Origin: Octopus sinensis
Lineage: Eukaryota
DNA: 64,000 nucleotides
Assembly (NCBI RefSeq): GCF_006345805.1
Contig: NC_043010.1
Coordinates: 38,006,001 to 38,070,000, forward strand
Reading direction: 5' to 3'
Positions within the stretch are counted from its first letter, which is position 1. Every line of letters begins with the position of its first letter. This document shows positions 27,347 to 39,224 of this stretch, piece after piece. The notes under the pieces are model-generated. The model was not told the DNA's origin. It did not search any database and saw nothing but the letters and a program-made list of their open reading frames with translations. The position numbers and the translations under genes were made by a program.

Positions 27347-29206
27347 GTGTATATATGTATATATATGTGTGTATGTATGTGTCTGTGTGTATATACATGT
27401 GTGAGTTTGTGTGTGTGTATATATGCGTATGAGTTCTAGTGGATAGATATGTAAATTTGTTTTACTGCATATATATGTATGATGTATGAACTACATCATC
27501 ATCAACAGTTAATGTTCATTTTCCATGGCGGCATGAGTCAGACGGCTTGACAGGAACCTGCAAGGCCGGGGCCCACACCAAGTTGCATAGTCTGTTTCGG
27601 CTTGGTTTCTATCACTGGATGCCCTTCCTAACACCATCTACCTCACAGTATGTGCTGGGTGCTTTTTTACGTGGCACCAGCACCCACACCAATGCTTTTT
27701 ACATGGCACCTTGACCTTAGGATCTCAAATCTGTTGTGGTGGGCAGGTCTTCTCAAGTACAGCATTGCACCACAGTCCTCTGTCATTTTAGTAAGGCTCA
27801 GCATTTTGAGATCGGTATGTTTGTTTGTTTCTGTCTGTGGTTGCCTGTGTGCGTGTAAGTGAATGTTTGTTTTTTGTTGGGGTCTAAATTTCTTTTCCTT
27901 TGCAGAATCCAAGCCGGTCACTAAGTAAGTGACAAGGCTTTGTTGTTTTATAAGTTAAGACTATGCTTGGGTTTTGCGGATATCTAAATTGGTTGGTGTG
28001 TGCCTATGTTTGTCTGTGTATCCTTGTCTTAGCACCATATGATAGTAGTAAACAAGTATTACCATCATACAAGCAGTGTTGATTTTAATTTTCTGTGAAA
28101 ACACATCCAGCCATAGGGAAGTTGTTACTTTGATTGGAAGCAAATGCAGTTTGGCAGTAGGACGGGCATCTGGCTGTTGAAAATTTGCCTCAATAAATCC
28201 ATCTGGCCTATGAAAGCGTTGTGAAAGTGGATGTTAAAACAATGATGATGATGAAGATAAATGTGCGTGTGTGTGTGTTTGAATACAAACCCTGAGTAAG
28301 AACCTTGAAAAGAGCTCTGGAAACTTTAGCCATTTTACCAAATTTTTTATTAAAATGCAGTCTTTGTTTCTATTAGGTGCAGGAGTGGCTGTGTGGTAAG
28401 TAGCTTGCTAACCAACCACATGGTTCCGGGTTCAGTCCCACTGCGTGGCATCTTGGGCAAGTGTCTTCTGCTATAGCCTCGGGCCGACCAATGCCTTGTG
28501 AGTGGATTTGGTAGACGGAAACTGAAAGAAGCCTGTCGTATATATGTATATATATATATATGTGTGTGTTTGTGTGTCTGTGTTTGTCCACCTAGCATTG
28601 CTTGACAACCGATGCTGGTGTGTTTACGTCCCCGTCACTTAATGGTTCGGCAAAAGAGACCGATAGAATAAGTACTGGGCTTACAAAGAATAAGTCCTGG
28701 GGTCGAGTTGCTCGATTAAAGGCGGTGCTCCAGCATGGCCGCAGTCAAATGACTGAAACAAGTAAAAGAGAAGAAAAGAGAAAGAGAATTAGTTTTAAAA
28801 ACTATGAAGAATTTAATAAAATGGCTTTGTCCATTGTTAAATGAAACTGGTGTTTGGGACATAGATTAAAATATTTTGATGGAAGCTTTTAATTTAGATC
28901 AGTTTAAAACAGGAAATTTGTATCATAGGACCAGTGGGCAGTCTCAGGTGGGTTGCCATAAAAAAAAGGTAAATGTTTGTACAGGTGTAGGGTCCATATT
29001 CAAATATCAACTCTTTAATGTTTTACAAATGTATTGCATACCTTTATGAACTAGGGCTTTTTTAACCATTGAAGATCATCAAATTGTGTGTGTGTGTACT
29101 CATCCACCCTGTATCTAATTCAAATGCAATAAAACCCATAGCCCAACCACTGAAAAGTTAATTATCAGAGTTTCCTCTTCATTCATTTGATCTCCTTCCT
29201 CTAGAA

Positions 29207-29676
29207 CAGTGGTTCTCAATCAGGGTCAGTATGACCCTTGAGGGGCCAAAAAGGTCTTTTGTTAATGTGCAATAAATTGGCTACAATACACCAAATATCT
29301 GAATTTTTTGTTAATGCAATTCCTAATATTTAACCCTTTCATTACCAATCCGGCTGAAACCGGGCCTGGCTCTGAGTACAAATGTCTTGTTTCCATAAGT
29401 TTTGAATTAAAATCTTCCACCAAACCTTAGTCACAATTTATGTTAATAACACTAGCTGAATGATAACTAAGTTATTTTATTGAATTCTTCGTTATATTTA
29501 AAGTAATTGAAAGTAACACAGAGCATCTCAAAATAAATATAGTAACAAAAGGGTTAATTCTGAATGTATAATGGGATTTTTTGAAACCTTAAATGGTCTG
29601 TGGGTTCACCTGAGTAAAACAGGAACCAAAGTGTTTCACAGGTGAAAAAAAAAAAAAAAATGGTTAAGAATTACTG
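29207..29676. mobile_element. hAT (Charlie-like) MITE containing a nested piggyBac P1 MITE (29334-29553)
   Basis: TIRs CAGTGGTTCTCAA / TTAAGAATTACTG; 8-bp TSD CTCTAGAA (29199-206) / CTCTACAA (29677-84); the inner element is flanked by TTAA at 29330-33 and 29554-57. Confidence 0.85.
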
Positions 29677-32600
29677 CTCTACAAAGTAACTGATAAATTT
29701 TGATGGTACTGAGTATACAGAAGATGGCAATAAAGACTTCACACATATGTTTCACCTGCTAAATTTTCTTCAATATATTTGCTGTCTTTAACCTTTTAAC
29801 ATTTGGATTGCTCTGTCAAACATGATACTTATTTATTCACATAGTTTCCAATTAATCATGAATCCTCTCATAGCTTCAAGAATCTGATGATGTGATTGTT
29901 TAGTCTTGTTTATTATAGAGGAGGTGTGGTAGGCTGGATCTGGTAGGTAGAATATTTGCAGCCTGATATGGCTGGTTTAAACGCTGAAGGGTTAACACAT
30001 GTGTATGGGTCTCATTTTTAAAAGCTTGCTAAACCTATTCACCATACTGCAGCAGTATCCTCTCTGTTGCTCTCTCTCTCTCTCTCTCTCTCTCCCTCCC
30101 TCCTCTCCCTCTGTTTTCTCCCCACTCTCTCTTTCCCTCCCTCCTCTCTTCCCCCTCTCCCTCTCTCTTTCTTCACTTCCCTCTCTCTTTGCCCCTCTCT
30201 TTCTCTTTGCCCTTCTCTCTTTCTCTCTTTGCTTTTCTCCTTCTCTCTTCATCTCTGAGCTAGTGAGTGAGAATTTCTGCAGTCACTTGACCTATTGATC
30301 ATGACAGACAAATCACTCACTGAACACTCCGCTCCCCCCACCTATCAGAGTTAGTGGGGAAGATTTTATTTATTGTCACTTGACCTGTAAAATCTATAGA
30401 AAATTCCTCCCTCTGTCAGAGCTAAAGGGCAAAGGTAACTGGTCAGTGTGTCAGTAAAATACAGCCCTCACAGAAGTCTCCTTCAATACGAGTCTCTCTC
30501 TCCCTCTTTCTCTCTCTCAAGAGAGGAGTTGTGAGGTCCTTTAATCTATTCAAACATAGCAGCTAAATCTTTTGTCAGAAACAGATGAGGACCTAACAGT
30601 ATATCAGGTTAATATTCCTCAATATATTTCCTACCATTATGGGGATAAGCAGTCAATAAAACAGTTCCACATAGTTGTCAGATATGCTCACCTAATCCCT
30701 TTCTTTTTTAATATCTTCAAAAAAAAAAGGGGACTACCTGCACCTAGTTGGGAATCTCTTAGCTCATCAGCTCATCTTTTTCTTTGGCATCCTCTTCCAT
30801 TCCCATAAAGTGTTGTCAATAATGTAAGAGATATTGTACACTCGACACTGGCCAATCTCTGTTACATCATTGGCCCCTGTCAGCAGCCTCTACATTTGAT
30901 AATGCATTTGGGCTAGACCTTCATTACTTTGTAAAATTTGTGTCCTTTGCAAAGCCCATCACCACCACCACCGTCACTGCATTAAGGCTCTGTAGCTTGA
31001 TTTTGCTGATTCAAAAGTGTGATTGGTAGTATATTTGATTCTTCTCAAGCATGTGAAATCAAAATTAATCTCTTTAAATGTAAAATGCTATCAGCTAAAA
31101 AAGTCTGTGTTCTTGCAATTAACCGTTCATTGTTTGTTCTTTGTGCAGAAAATAAACTCCAAGTGTAAATTGTAAAAAGAGAGCAATGCCCAGTGTTTAT
31201 CTCCTCTTCTACTGTTTTCTCTTATTGTCCAGGCCTTTCTACTATGGAACAGAACTGTTTCAATACATGCTTTGAAAAATAGCATTTTAATTCAATCGCC
31301 AGCTGAATGTTTTCCAAATAGCCCTTTTGTGACAATAATTTCTGATGAAATACACTGATTATGTTTTTTCAATTAATTTTGCAACTAATAAAAGAATTTC
31401 AAGGGACTTCGTAAAATAATTAACTTTTTTTTCTTTACAGTTTGTGTTTATTTCTGTATTACGCTGTTGTTTGTAACATGACAAAAGACTCTTTCATAAC
31501 ATCATGATACAATGTTTTAATTTAAATACAAACACTTCAAGATGAGAGATTTTTTTCTGTCGAACCAAAGGTGGGTTTGGGTAGATTTGGGTGTCAAAGG
31601 GGTTAAAATAAATTTTGCATACTGCTACTCCTGCTAATTGATGTCATTACCTAAAGGTATTTTTACTGTCTGACATGTCATATCTAACTAAAATAACAAA
31701 AACCTGTGATTCATAGGGCCACGTATGCTGAATGCCCAACCATGGTTACAATATATGATGAGTAAATTACTCTAGCAGAGCCCTTTTTCTTCTTCAGGCT
31801 CCAGGTCATGTACACCCAGAAGCTACTGAACACATTCAACAAATCATTTAAGTTTACAGTGCTCCCACTGTATACAACACTGAGTTGTTCCTCTTTTTTG
31901 CTATCTGCTATCAGCTAGGTGGACTGGAATGGTTTAAAAAAGTTGAGTGTTTGTTAAGTGGGTATTTCTGATTATTTCATTGACTTGCAGTATTGTGTTC
32001 AGTTCCTCAATTGAAGGGAAAAAATGCTGTTTTGATAGACGAGTAGTCACCACTCTGTGGTCTGAATGCTTAATTTTATGGAAACTAGAGAGATAAGGTT
32101 ATTTTTGTTTTGTTTTGTTTTGTTTTATCTCTTGAGTTTTTTGATTCAGATAAGAATTAATTGCTAGCTTTAAATCTAAACGAGGTCTTGATTTTTATTA
32201 AACTTCCTTCTCTACAGAAGGATGAAAGGTTGAGTCAACTCTGATGGGATTTGAACTTGCTAACCTAGAAGAAGGAAATAAAATGCTGAACACATTTCAT
32301 TTAGTCCAGAAACTCCCATAAGTCTTTGCTGTTGTTACATTCCTCCTGCCCCACCCGTCTCCACTACCATCCAGTGCTCCTTTTGATGGAAATATCGGTT
32401 TCTGTTCAGATACCACATTTGTATCTCATTTCTTTTAAAAGGACAAAAGTAATGATTTTTATGTGTGTGTGTGTGTGTGTGTGTGTTCATGTGTGTGTCT
32501 GTCTGTACTATAGGCTTCTTTCAGTTTCCATCCACCAAATCTTCTCACAAAGTGAATTGCATCATAGTGCTGCTTTTCTCATAGACAGTGCCCAACTGAC

Positions 32601-34032
32601 CCTACTATACTGTGTAGTCAACAAAATCAAAAGCAAACAATGTGCATGCATGAAATAAAAAATATAAAATGACAATTCACCCATCACAACCTGTACGTAT
32701 ATAAGTATATATAGATATTTTATAGTTGGTAAATAATTATTAATTTAATTATCTCTCTATTTTCTTATTTTCTTAAAAAAATATATAAACCCTGGTTTAT
32801 CCTGTCACCTTACAGTTGAATATTAATTATAATATTCAACACTTCTTGTAATAGGTAATAAACCAGTATATTCATTGGATTTTATTATCCCTTAATGAGG
32901 TTTGTAATCTATATTTGAACTTTTATATATATATATATAATAGTTTGTTCCTTCTCAAGCCATGCCTGGCTCATAAAGGCTGGTTTCCTGGTTTCCTTGG
33001 CATATAGGTTCCCCACCTGGATGGGACGCCGGTCCATCACAGGTGAGCTGCAAGATGCAGGAGGAAAGAGTGAGAGATGGTTGTGGCGAAAGAGTCAGCA
33101 GAAGTTCGCCATTACCTTCCGCCGGAGCCATGTGGAGCTTAGGCGTTTCACTCATAAATACACACATCGCCCAGTCTGAGATTCGAACCCTCAACCGTAA
33201 GTCCGCTGCTCTAACCACTAGACCATGTGCCTCCACACACACACACATATAGGACTTGGGACATTTTGGCTCAGCCATTTTGACACTGTTTAATTGGCAT
33301 CACTGATGACTTATTTGGTATCAAACATTTTAATAAATCGCTCTCTCTCTCACTTTCTGCCTCCCCCTCTCTCTCTCTCACTCTGCATATTTCTGTATGC
33401 ATACATTTGCCTCCAATGCCAAAGTCACTGTCACGAAATCAGGTTGAATTTCCACTCAGCTTTGCCAAATTTTCAGTGCCCAAATCATCTTACGCCTATA
33501 TCTAAACAGCATGTTTAAAATTTGTGTTCTCTATGCCACACCTGGAACCAATGTCAGAGTTGGATATACAGTTTAAATTGCATTTTGTACTTACATATCT
33601 GCAGTAACTTACCAATACTTTAAACCTTCATTGCTGTTCACCTCACTGTGAACTCTTTGTTATCATACCTAGCCATTTCTGGTGTCCTACATGTTCATAT
33701 GCCTAGGTTCTATCAGATCCTTATTACTAATTAATTTATATATATATATATATACTTGTTTCAGTCATCTGACCGTAGCCATGCTGGAGCACCACCTTAA
33801 AGGGTTTTAGTTGAAGGAATTGGGGCCCTAGGACTTATTCTTTGTAAGCCTAGTATTTACTTTAGTGGTCTCTTTTGCCAAACAGCTAAGTTATGGTGAC
33901 ATAAACAAACCAGCATCGGTTGTAAAGCAATGGTGGTAGTGGGTGGGGGCAAACATACACACACATAAATATAAAATATATATATATATATATATCTGTA
34001 AATTGATATGTTACCATTATTCAATAACCAAG

Positions 34033-34092
34033 ATAAAACTCTGAGTTTCGGATGCCGAAGTGGAATCCACAACACCATCTCTTCGGTTATCC
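34033..34092 (-). ncRNA. Hammerhead-like motif, family H3, core mutated (U4C); second copy on the + strand at 34097-34158 carries G5A
   Basis: Minus strand reads GGAUAA-CCGAAGA-GAUG..CAUC-C-GAAA-CUC-A-GAG-UU^UUAUCU; stem I 6 bp; stem III palindrome ACUC-A-GAGU. Confidence 0.55.
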
Positions 34093-36751
34093 TGCCGGAT
34101 ACTAAAGAGATGGTGTTGTGGATTTCCACTTCAGCATCCGAAACTCAGAGTTTTATCTTGGCTACCAAATAATTGTCACATATTATTTTACAGATAAATT
34201 TCCTCTATTTACATAATATTGAGGTCTCTTTCTTTCTTTTGTTATCTTACTGTTTTTCCCAATATATATATATGTATTACAGGCTTATATATATCTCTCT
34301 CTATATATATATATGTATGTATAATTGTTTTTGTATCAGGTTATAATTGTGTGTGTGTGTGTGTGGTGTCTTTATGTACCTATAACTTAGCAGTTTGGCA
34401 AAAGAGACTGGTAGAATATGTACTAGACTTGAAAAAAAATAGGTACTGGGATTGCTTCCTTCAACTAAATTTCTTCAAGGCAATGCCCCAGCATGGCCAC
34501 AGTCTGATAACTGGAAACAAGCAAAAAAAAAGCAAAAGAAAACAACTTCTCCATTGTTTTTACGTCTGCTCTTCCTCGTTAGCATGGGTCGGAAGGGGAT
34601 TTTCATGGTTCTGTAGGTTGTGTTTTACGGCTGAATGCTCTTCCTGTTGTCGGCTCTTAGACAAGTCTTACAGTATTAAAGAACACAACGCATCATTCTA
34701 AAACCAAGACACATGTACACACGCATATAAGCCAATTTATGCCTTTGTATATATAAATGTATGCCTATATTATATAATGATAATAATGTATATATGTAAT
34801 ATATTATATATATATATATATCATAATAAGAATAATAATAGTGTATATATGTAATATGATAATACATGTATAATACATACATGTATAACATATACATACG
34901 TAATGAATGTATGCATGCATACATACATACCAACATACACATGCTCTAATGACATGTTTATGTACATAAATGTGTGTCAGCTGCTGGGGAAATGAAATCC
35001 AATCTTGCCAAATGCAGGATAAACAGATTCAATCCTTTTAAAGTTGGACATCTTAACATAATCCTCGCTTGATCTCTCTGACATTTTTAACTCCACGAAG
35101 AAGATATCACCAATTTTTAGTCTGATTCTGTTTTTCCTTATGCTTTTTTGGAAATTTTTTTAATTTTGTTTTGGCTTCTTATTTTTTGGTTCTTTTTTCC
35201 ATATTTCTTCTTCTTCTTCTTCTTCATCTTCGTCGTTCGCAATCTATTTATTTATGTAATTTTGGTTATATTGGTGTCTGTCTGTGTGTTTTTTGTTGTT
35301 TTTTTTTATTTTCTTTGTTTTATTATATATATATTTTACGATTAAAATCTTGTCTTTCAGAAATAAACATGTTTAAGAAATTACATCTGTGTACAAGCAT
35401 TTAAAGATTACTGATGCTTGCTGTTGGAACTTTGTCTTTGCTCTTCTTCTTGTATCATTGGAAATCAGCAGCAGTCCCATTGCTATTATTGTCATCATCA
35501 CCGATAGCAACCATTGTAGTTGTCCCATCACATGCTACCTATAGTAACACCACCACCACGACTACCGCCATCACCACTACTACTACCACCATACCACCAC
35601 CACCACTACTACCACCACCACCTATATTTGGAACATCATCAAAGATCTGATGATGAATCTGCTGTATGGTTGCTCAGCTTGTTAAAAAAACAGCAGCCAA
35701 AGATCCCTCATACACCATCCTATTGTCTTAAAAGTAAGGAAAAAAACTTTGGGTTATGTAATTCAAGAAACCCTTAAATAGATGGGATGGTCATGGCTGG
35801 GAAGCTTTTGATCATAGGTCGGCTCATGAGGGGGTGTTAAACTGGGGCTAAATGACAACAGCCATTGCTAACATTTCCTTTTACAATTGCTCCCAACATC
35901 ACCACCACCACCACCACCACCATCATAGATATCACAATAGCTGCTGTTACTAGGGCCATCACTATCGTTAATGTAAGGTTGTTAACTATAGTGACTAACT
36001 AAACTATTACCACCACCACCACTGTCATACTGCCATATTCCCTACTGTCACCACTGCAACCATCACCACTAACTTCATTATAGCTACCAGCACTACCAGA
36101 AAAGCAGCCAGCCACAGAAAGTGTACCTCAATGAACTCTGTCAGATCCTCAGGGGCACTGAAAAGTAGACATTGAAATGATGATGATGATTTTGTTGGTT
36201 GCCTGTATTTGATTCCAAAGAGCTTTTTTCTATCCACCCATCCACCCAGCTCGCCAACCAGTCTTTCCTACGACTCTTCTTTATTCACCTTCCCAGAATT
36301 ATTCTAATTCTAAGCTAACCTCTGACTTCCTTCTTCATCTCTTTCTTCTCTTGTGTTTATTTAATTATTTATTCATTACCTCTGCCTTCGTTTTCAGTCA
36401 TGTTTGCTTGTTTGTTTGTTTGTCCATGGACAAGATATCTCAAGAACTGCTGGATGGATTCAGATGAAACTTTCAGGGATGTTTGGCCCTGTGACTGGCA
36501 CAAATTGATTAGATTTTGGGATCAATCCAGTACCGGACAAGGATTCTGGATTATTTTTTCTAGTTTTTTACTTAATTTTTGAGAGCAGTCGAGTTTATTT
36601 CAGATATTCTCATTTTAAAAATCATCTCTGGCTAATCATTGAGAGAACATTGGTGTTGCCTTGGCAAAGGTTTGCGCTCTGCTATGATTATTATTATTAC
36701 TACTACTACTACTACTACTACTACTATTATTATTATTTTATTTTTTGCTAG

Positions 36752-36923
36752 GTCGTAAAGGTCAGTTGTCCCATGGCAATGGTTCCAAAGTGAATCTTAA
36801 CAATATCTTTGAAAAACATATCCGAGACTTTCCGACCACTAGTCCTGAAGAAACGGTTCTGCCTGTTTTACTAATAGCCTGTGACCGCACACAAGTCAGT
36901 CGTAGCCTCGATCAGTTGATCAA
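36752..36923 (+). CDS. MGAT1: MGAT1 coding exon 3 (aa 72-129, ...TVLPVLLIACDRTQVSRSLDQLIK): end of stem and start of catalytic domain
   Basis: Acceptor ttttttgctag, donor CAA|GTAAGT; conserved P-V-L-x-I-A-C-D-R motif. Confidence 0.95.
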
Positions 36924-37094
36924 GTAAGTGACCCTTATTTGGGGATTTCTTTTTCTCCCCCACCTTCACCCCATTCCACACCCCAATAAATTTCCATTCT
37001 TTTTCCAAAACACTATTTCATTGTGCTCAGTCTAAAATAGTATTGGCTGCCATCATCATCATGTATTTAAATCATAACTATCCTCAGTCGTTGC

Positions 37095-37501
37095 CACCAT
37101 CATTGTTGTTTTCTTCTTCTTCTTCCTTCACTTCTTCTTTCCCTTCTTCTTTCACTTCTTTCTTTTCTTCCCTTCTTTCTTTTCTTTCTTCTCTTCTTTC
37201 TCTTTCTCTTCTCTCTCTTCTTTCTCGTTCTCTTCTTTCTCTTCTTTCACTTCTTTCCCTTCTTCTTTCTCTTTCTCTTCTTTCCCTTCTTTCTCTTCTC
37301 TCTCTTTCTATTCTTTCTCTTCTTTCACTTCTTTCTCTCTTCTTCTCTTCTTCTTTCTCTTCTTCCTCTTTCCCTTCTTTTTTCTTCTTCTTTCTCTTCT
37401 CTCATGTCCGCTTTCCCATCTTTCACTTCATTTTCTTCTTCTTCTTCTTCTTCTTCTTCTTCTTCTTCTTCTTTTTATTCTTCTTCTTCTTCTTCTTCTT
37501 C

Positions 37502-37554
<53 letters not shown>

Positions 37555-37555
37555 G
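37095..37555. repeat. ~400-nt polypyrimidine (CT/CTT)n tract followed by (ATT)n
   Basis: Seen directly in the sequence; homopurine-homopyrimidine, so H-DNA-prone by established rules. Confidence 0.95.
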
Positions 37556-38367
37556 AGTGAGAGAGCAGTTCATGCCATCAAAGTGACACTGGGGTAAAAT
37601 ATATGAAGCCCAATTTACCCATCATGACTACCCATCTGATAAAGGTACACCAGGCACATATTATTATTGATCTTGTCCTTATTTCAATTATTATTCTCCT
37701 TGCTGTTTCTTCTTCCTCCTCCTCCCTTTTTATGCATTCCCCTCCACACACACATTACTGACTAATCTTCCTATGGAAACAGCTGTTAGCCAAATTTGCT
37801 ATGATAAAGGAATTGAATGTAATGCCCATTATTTTAACTTGTCTACTATACAAGGTGCTTCAAAAGTCTATGTCACATGCTAAGAACTCTTATATCATGA
37901 ACTACAAATGGTAGCATGACTGGCTTGCCACTCCCCAATCAAACCATCCAACCCATGCCAGCATGGAAAATGGGCATTAAGCAATGATGATATATATATA
38001 TCATCATCCTCATCATCATCATCATCAATCGTTTAATGTCCGCTTTCCATGCTAGCATGGGTTGGACGGTTAAACTGGGGTCTGGGAAGCCCGAAGGCTG
38101 TACCAGGCCAGTGACCGCCAGATCTGACTGGCCTGGTACAGCCTTCGGGCTTCCAGACCCCAGTTAAACCGTCCAACCCATGCTAGCATGGAAAGCGGAC
38201 GTTAAACGATAATGATGAGTGATATATATATATATATGTAGGTCCCGGTTTGAGTCGGGGTAAATACAGTAAATAAGGTACTCAATACATAGCAGAGTAA
38301 ATTAATTTATTTTATAGAAGGAGCTTCTACAGGACTAGAACTGTTTCATTCAAAAAAATCATCAGGA

Positions 38368-38418
38368 AGCTTCCTGATGATTTCTTTTGAATGAAACAGT
38401 TCTAGTCCTGTAGAAGCT
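38368..38418 (+). ncRNA. Minimal type-I hammerhead-like motif, family H2 (mirror copy on the - strand at ~38322-38371)
   Basis: Stem I AGCUUC/GAAGCU; CUGAUGA 38374-80; weak stem II UUC/GAA with U.U at 10.1-11.1; GAAA 38393-96; stem III ACAG/CUGU with a CUAG-containing loop; GUA triplet, cleavage after 38412. Confidence 0.6.
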
Positions 38419-38723
38419 CCTTCTATAAAATAAAATATATATATATATATATATATATATTCACACACACACACATACATATATACACACACACACACAC
38501 ATATCAAGCGTCTTTCAGTTTCTGTCCACCAAATCCACTCACAAGGCTTTGGTTGTCCCAGGGCTACAATAAAAGACACTTGTTCAAGGTGCCACACAGA
38601 GGGACTGAACCTGAAACCATGTGAGTAGGAAGCAAACTTCTTACCACCCATAATGTTAAATGCTTATTGTAGAAATGATTCCTTCAGTGCTTAATGTCTT
38701 CTCTCTATCCTTTGTTGCTGTAG

Positions 38724-38832
38724 ATATCGCAAGGATCCTCACAAGTTCCCTATAGTGGTCAGCCAGGACTGCGGACATGTGAAGACGTCGATGACCATTG
38801 ATCGATACAAGGACAAAGTTACACACATCAAG
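38724..38832 (+). CDS. MGAT1: MGAT1 coding exon 4 (aa 129-165, YRKDPHKFPIVVSQDCGHVKTSMTIDRYKDKVTHIK)
   Basis: Acceptor tttgttgctgtag, donor AAG|GTAAGC; FPI.VSQDCGH and VTHI motifs. Confidence 0.97.
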
Positions 38833-38906
38833 GTAAGCTGGTCTTGTATTGCGTATGTTGAGAGATGAGGATGGGTAGGTCGTGTAGATATGTGTTTATA
38901 TATAAG

Positions 38907-39224
38907 GCACATGGCTCAGTGGTTAGAGCATCGGGCTTGCAATCATGACATAGTGAGTTCAATTCCTGGGCTGGGTTGCGTGTTGTGTTCTTGAGCAAGA
39001 CACTTTATTTCACGTTACTCAGCTGTAGAAATGAGTTGCAATATCACTGGTGCCAAGTTGTATTGGCCTTTGCCTTTCCCTTGAAGACCATCTGTAGCAT
39101 GGAGAGAGGAGGCTGCTATGCATGGGTGCCTGCTGGTCTCCCATAAACAACCTTACCTGGCCTTGTGCTTCAGAGGGTAACTTTCTAGGTGCAATCCCAT
39201 GGTCATTCTTGACCAAAGGGGATC
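38907..39224 (+). mobile_element. SINE family D (tRNA head plus gtgttcttgagcaagacacttt central domain); representative copy
   Basis: Other copies at ~10355-10685 and 8110-8335. Confidence 0.8.

Noticed and set aside
37043-37597. 184-aa Ser/Leu/Phe ORF
   Set aside because: Translation of the polypyrimidine and (ATT)n tracts.
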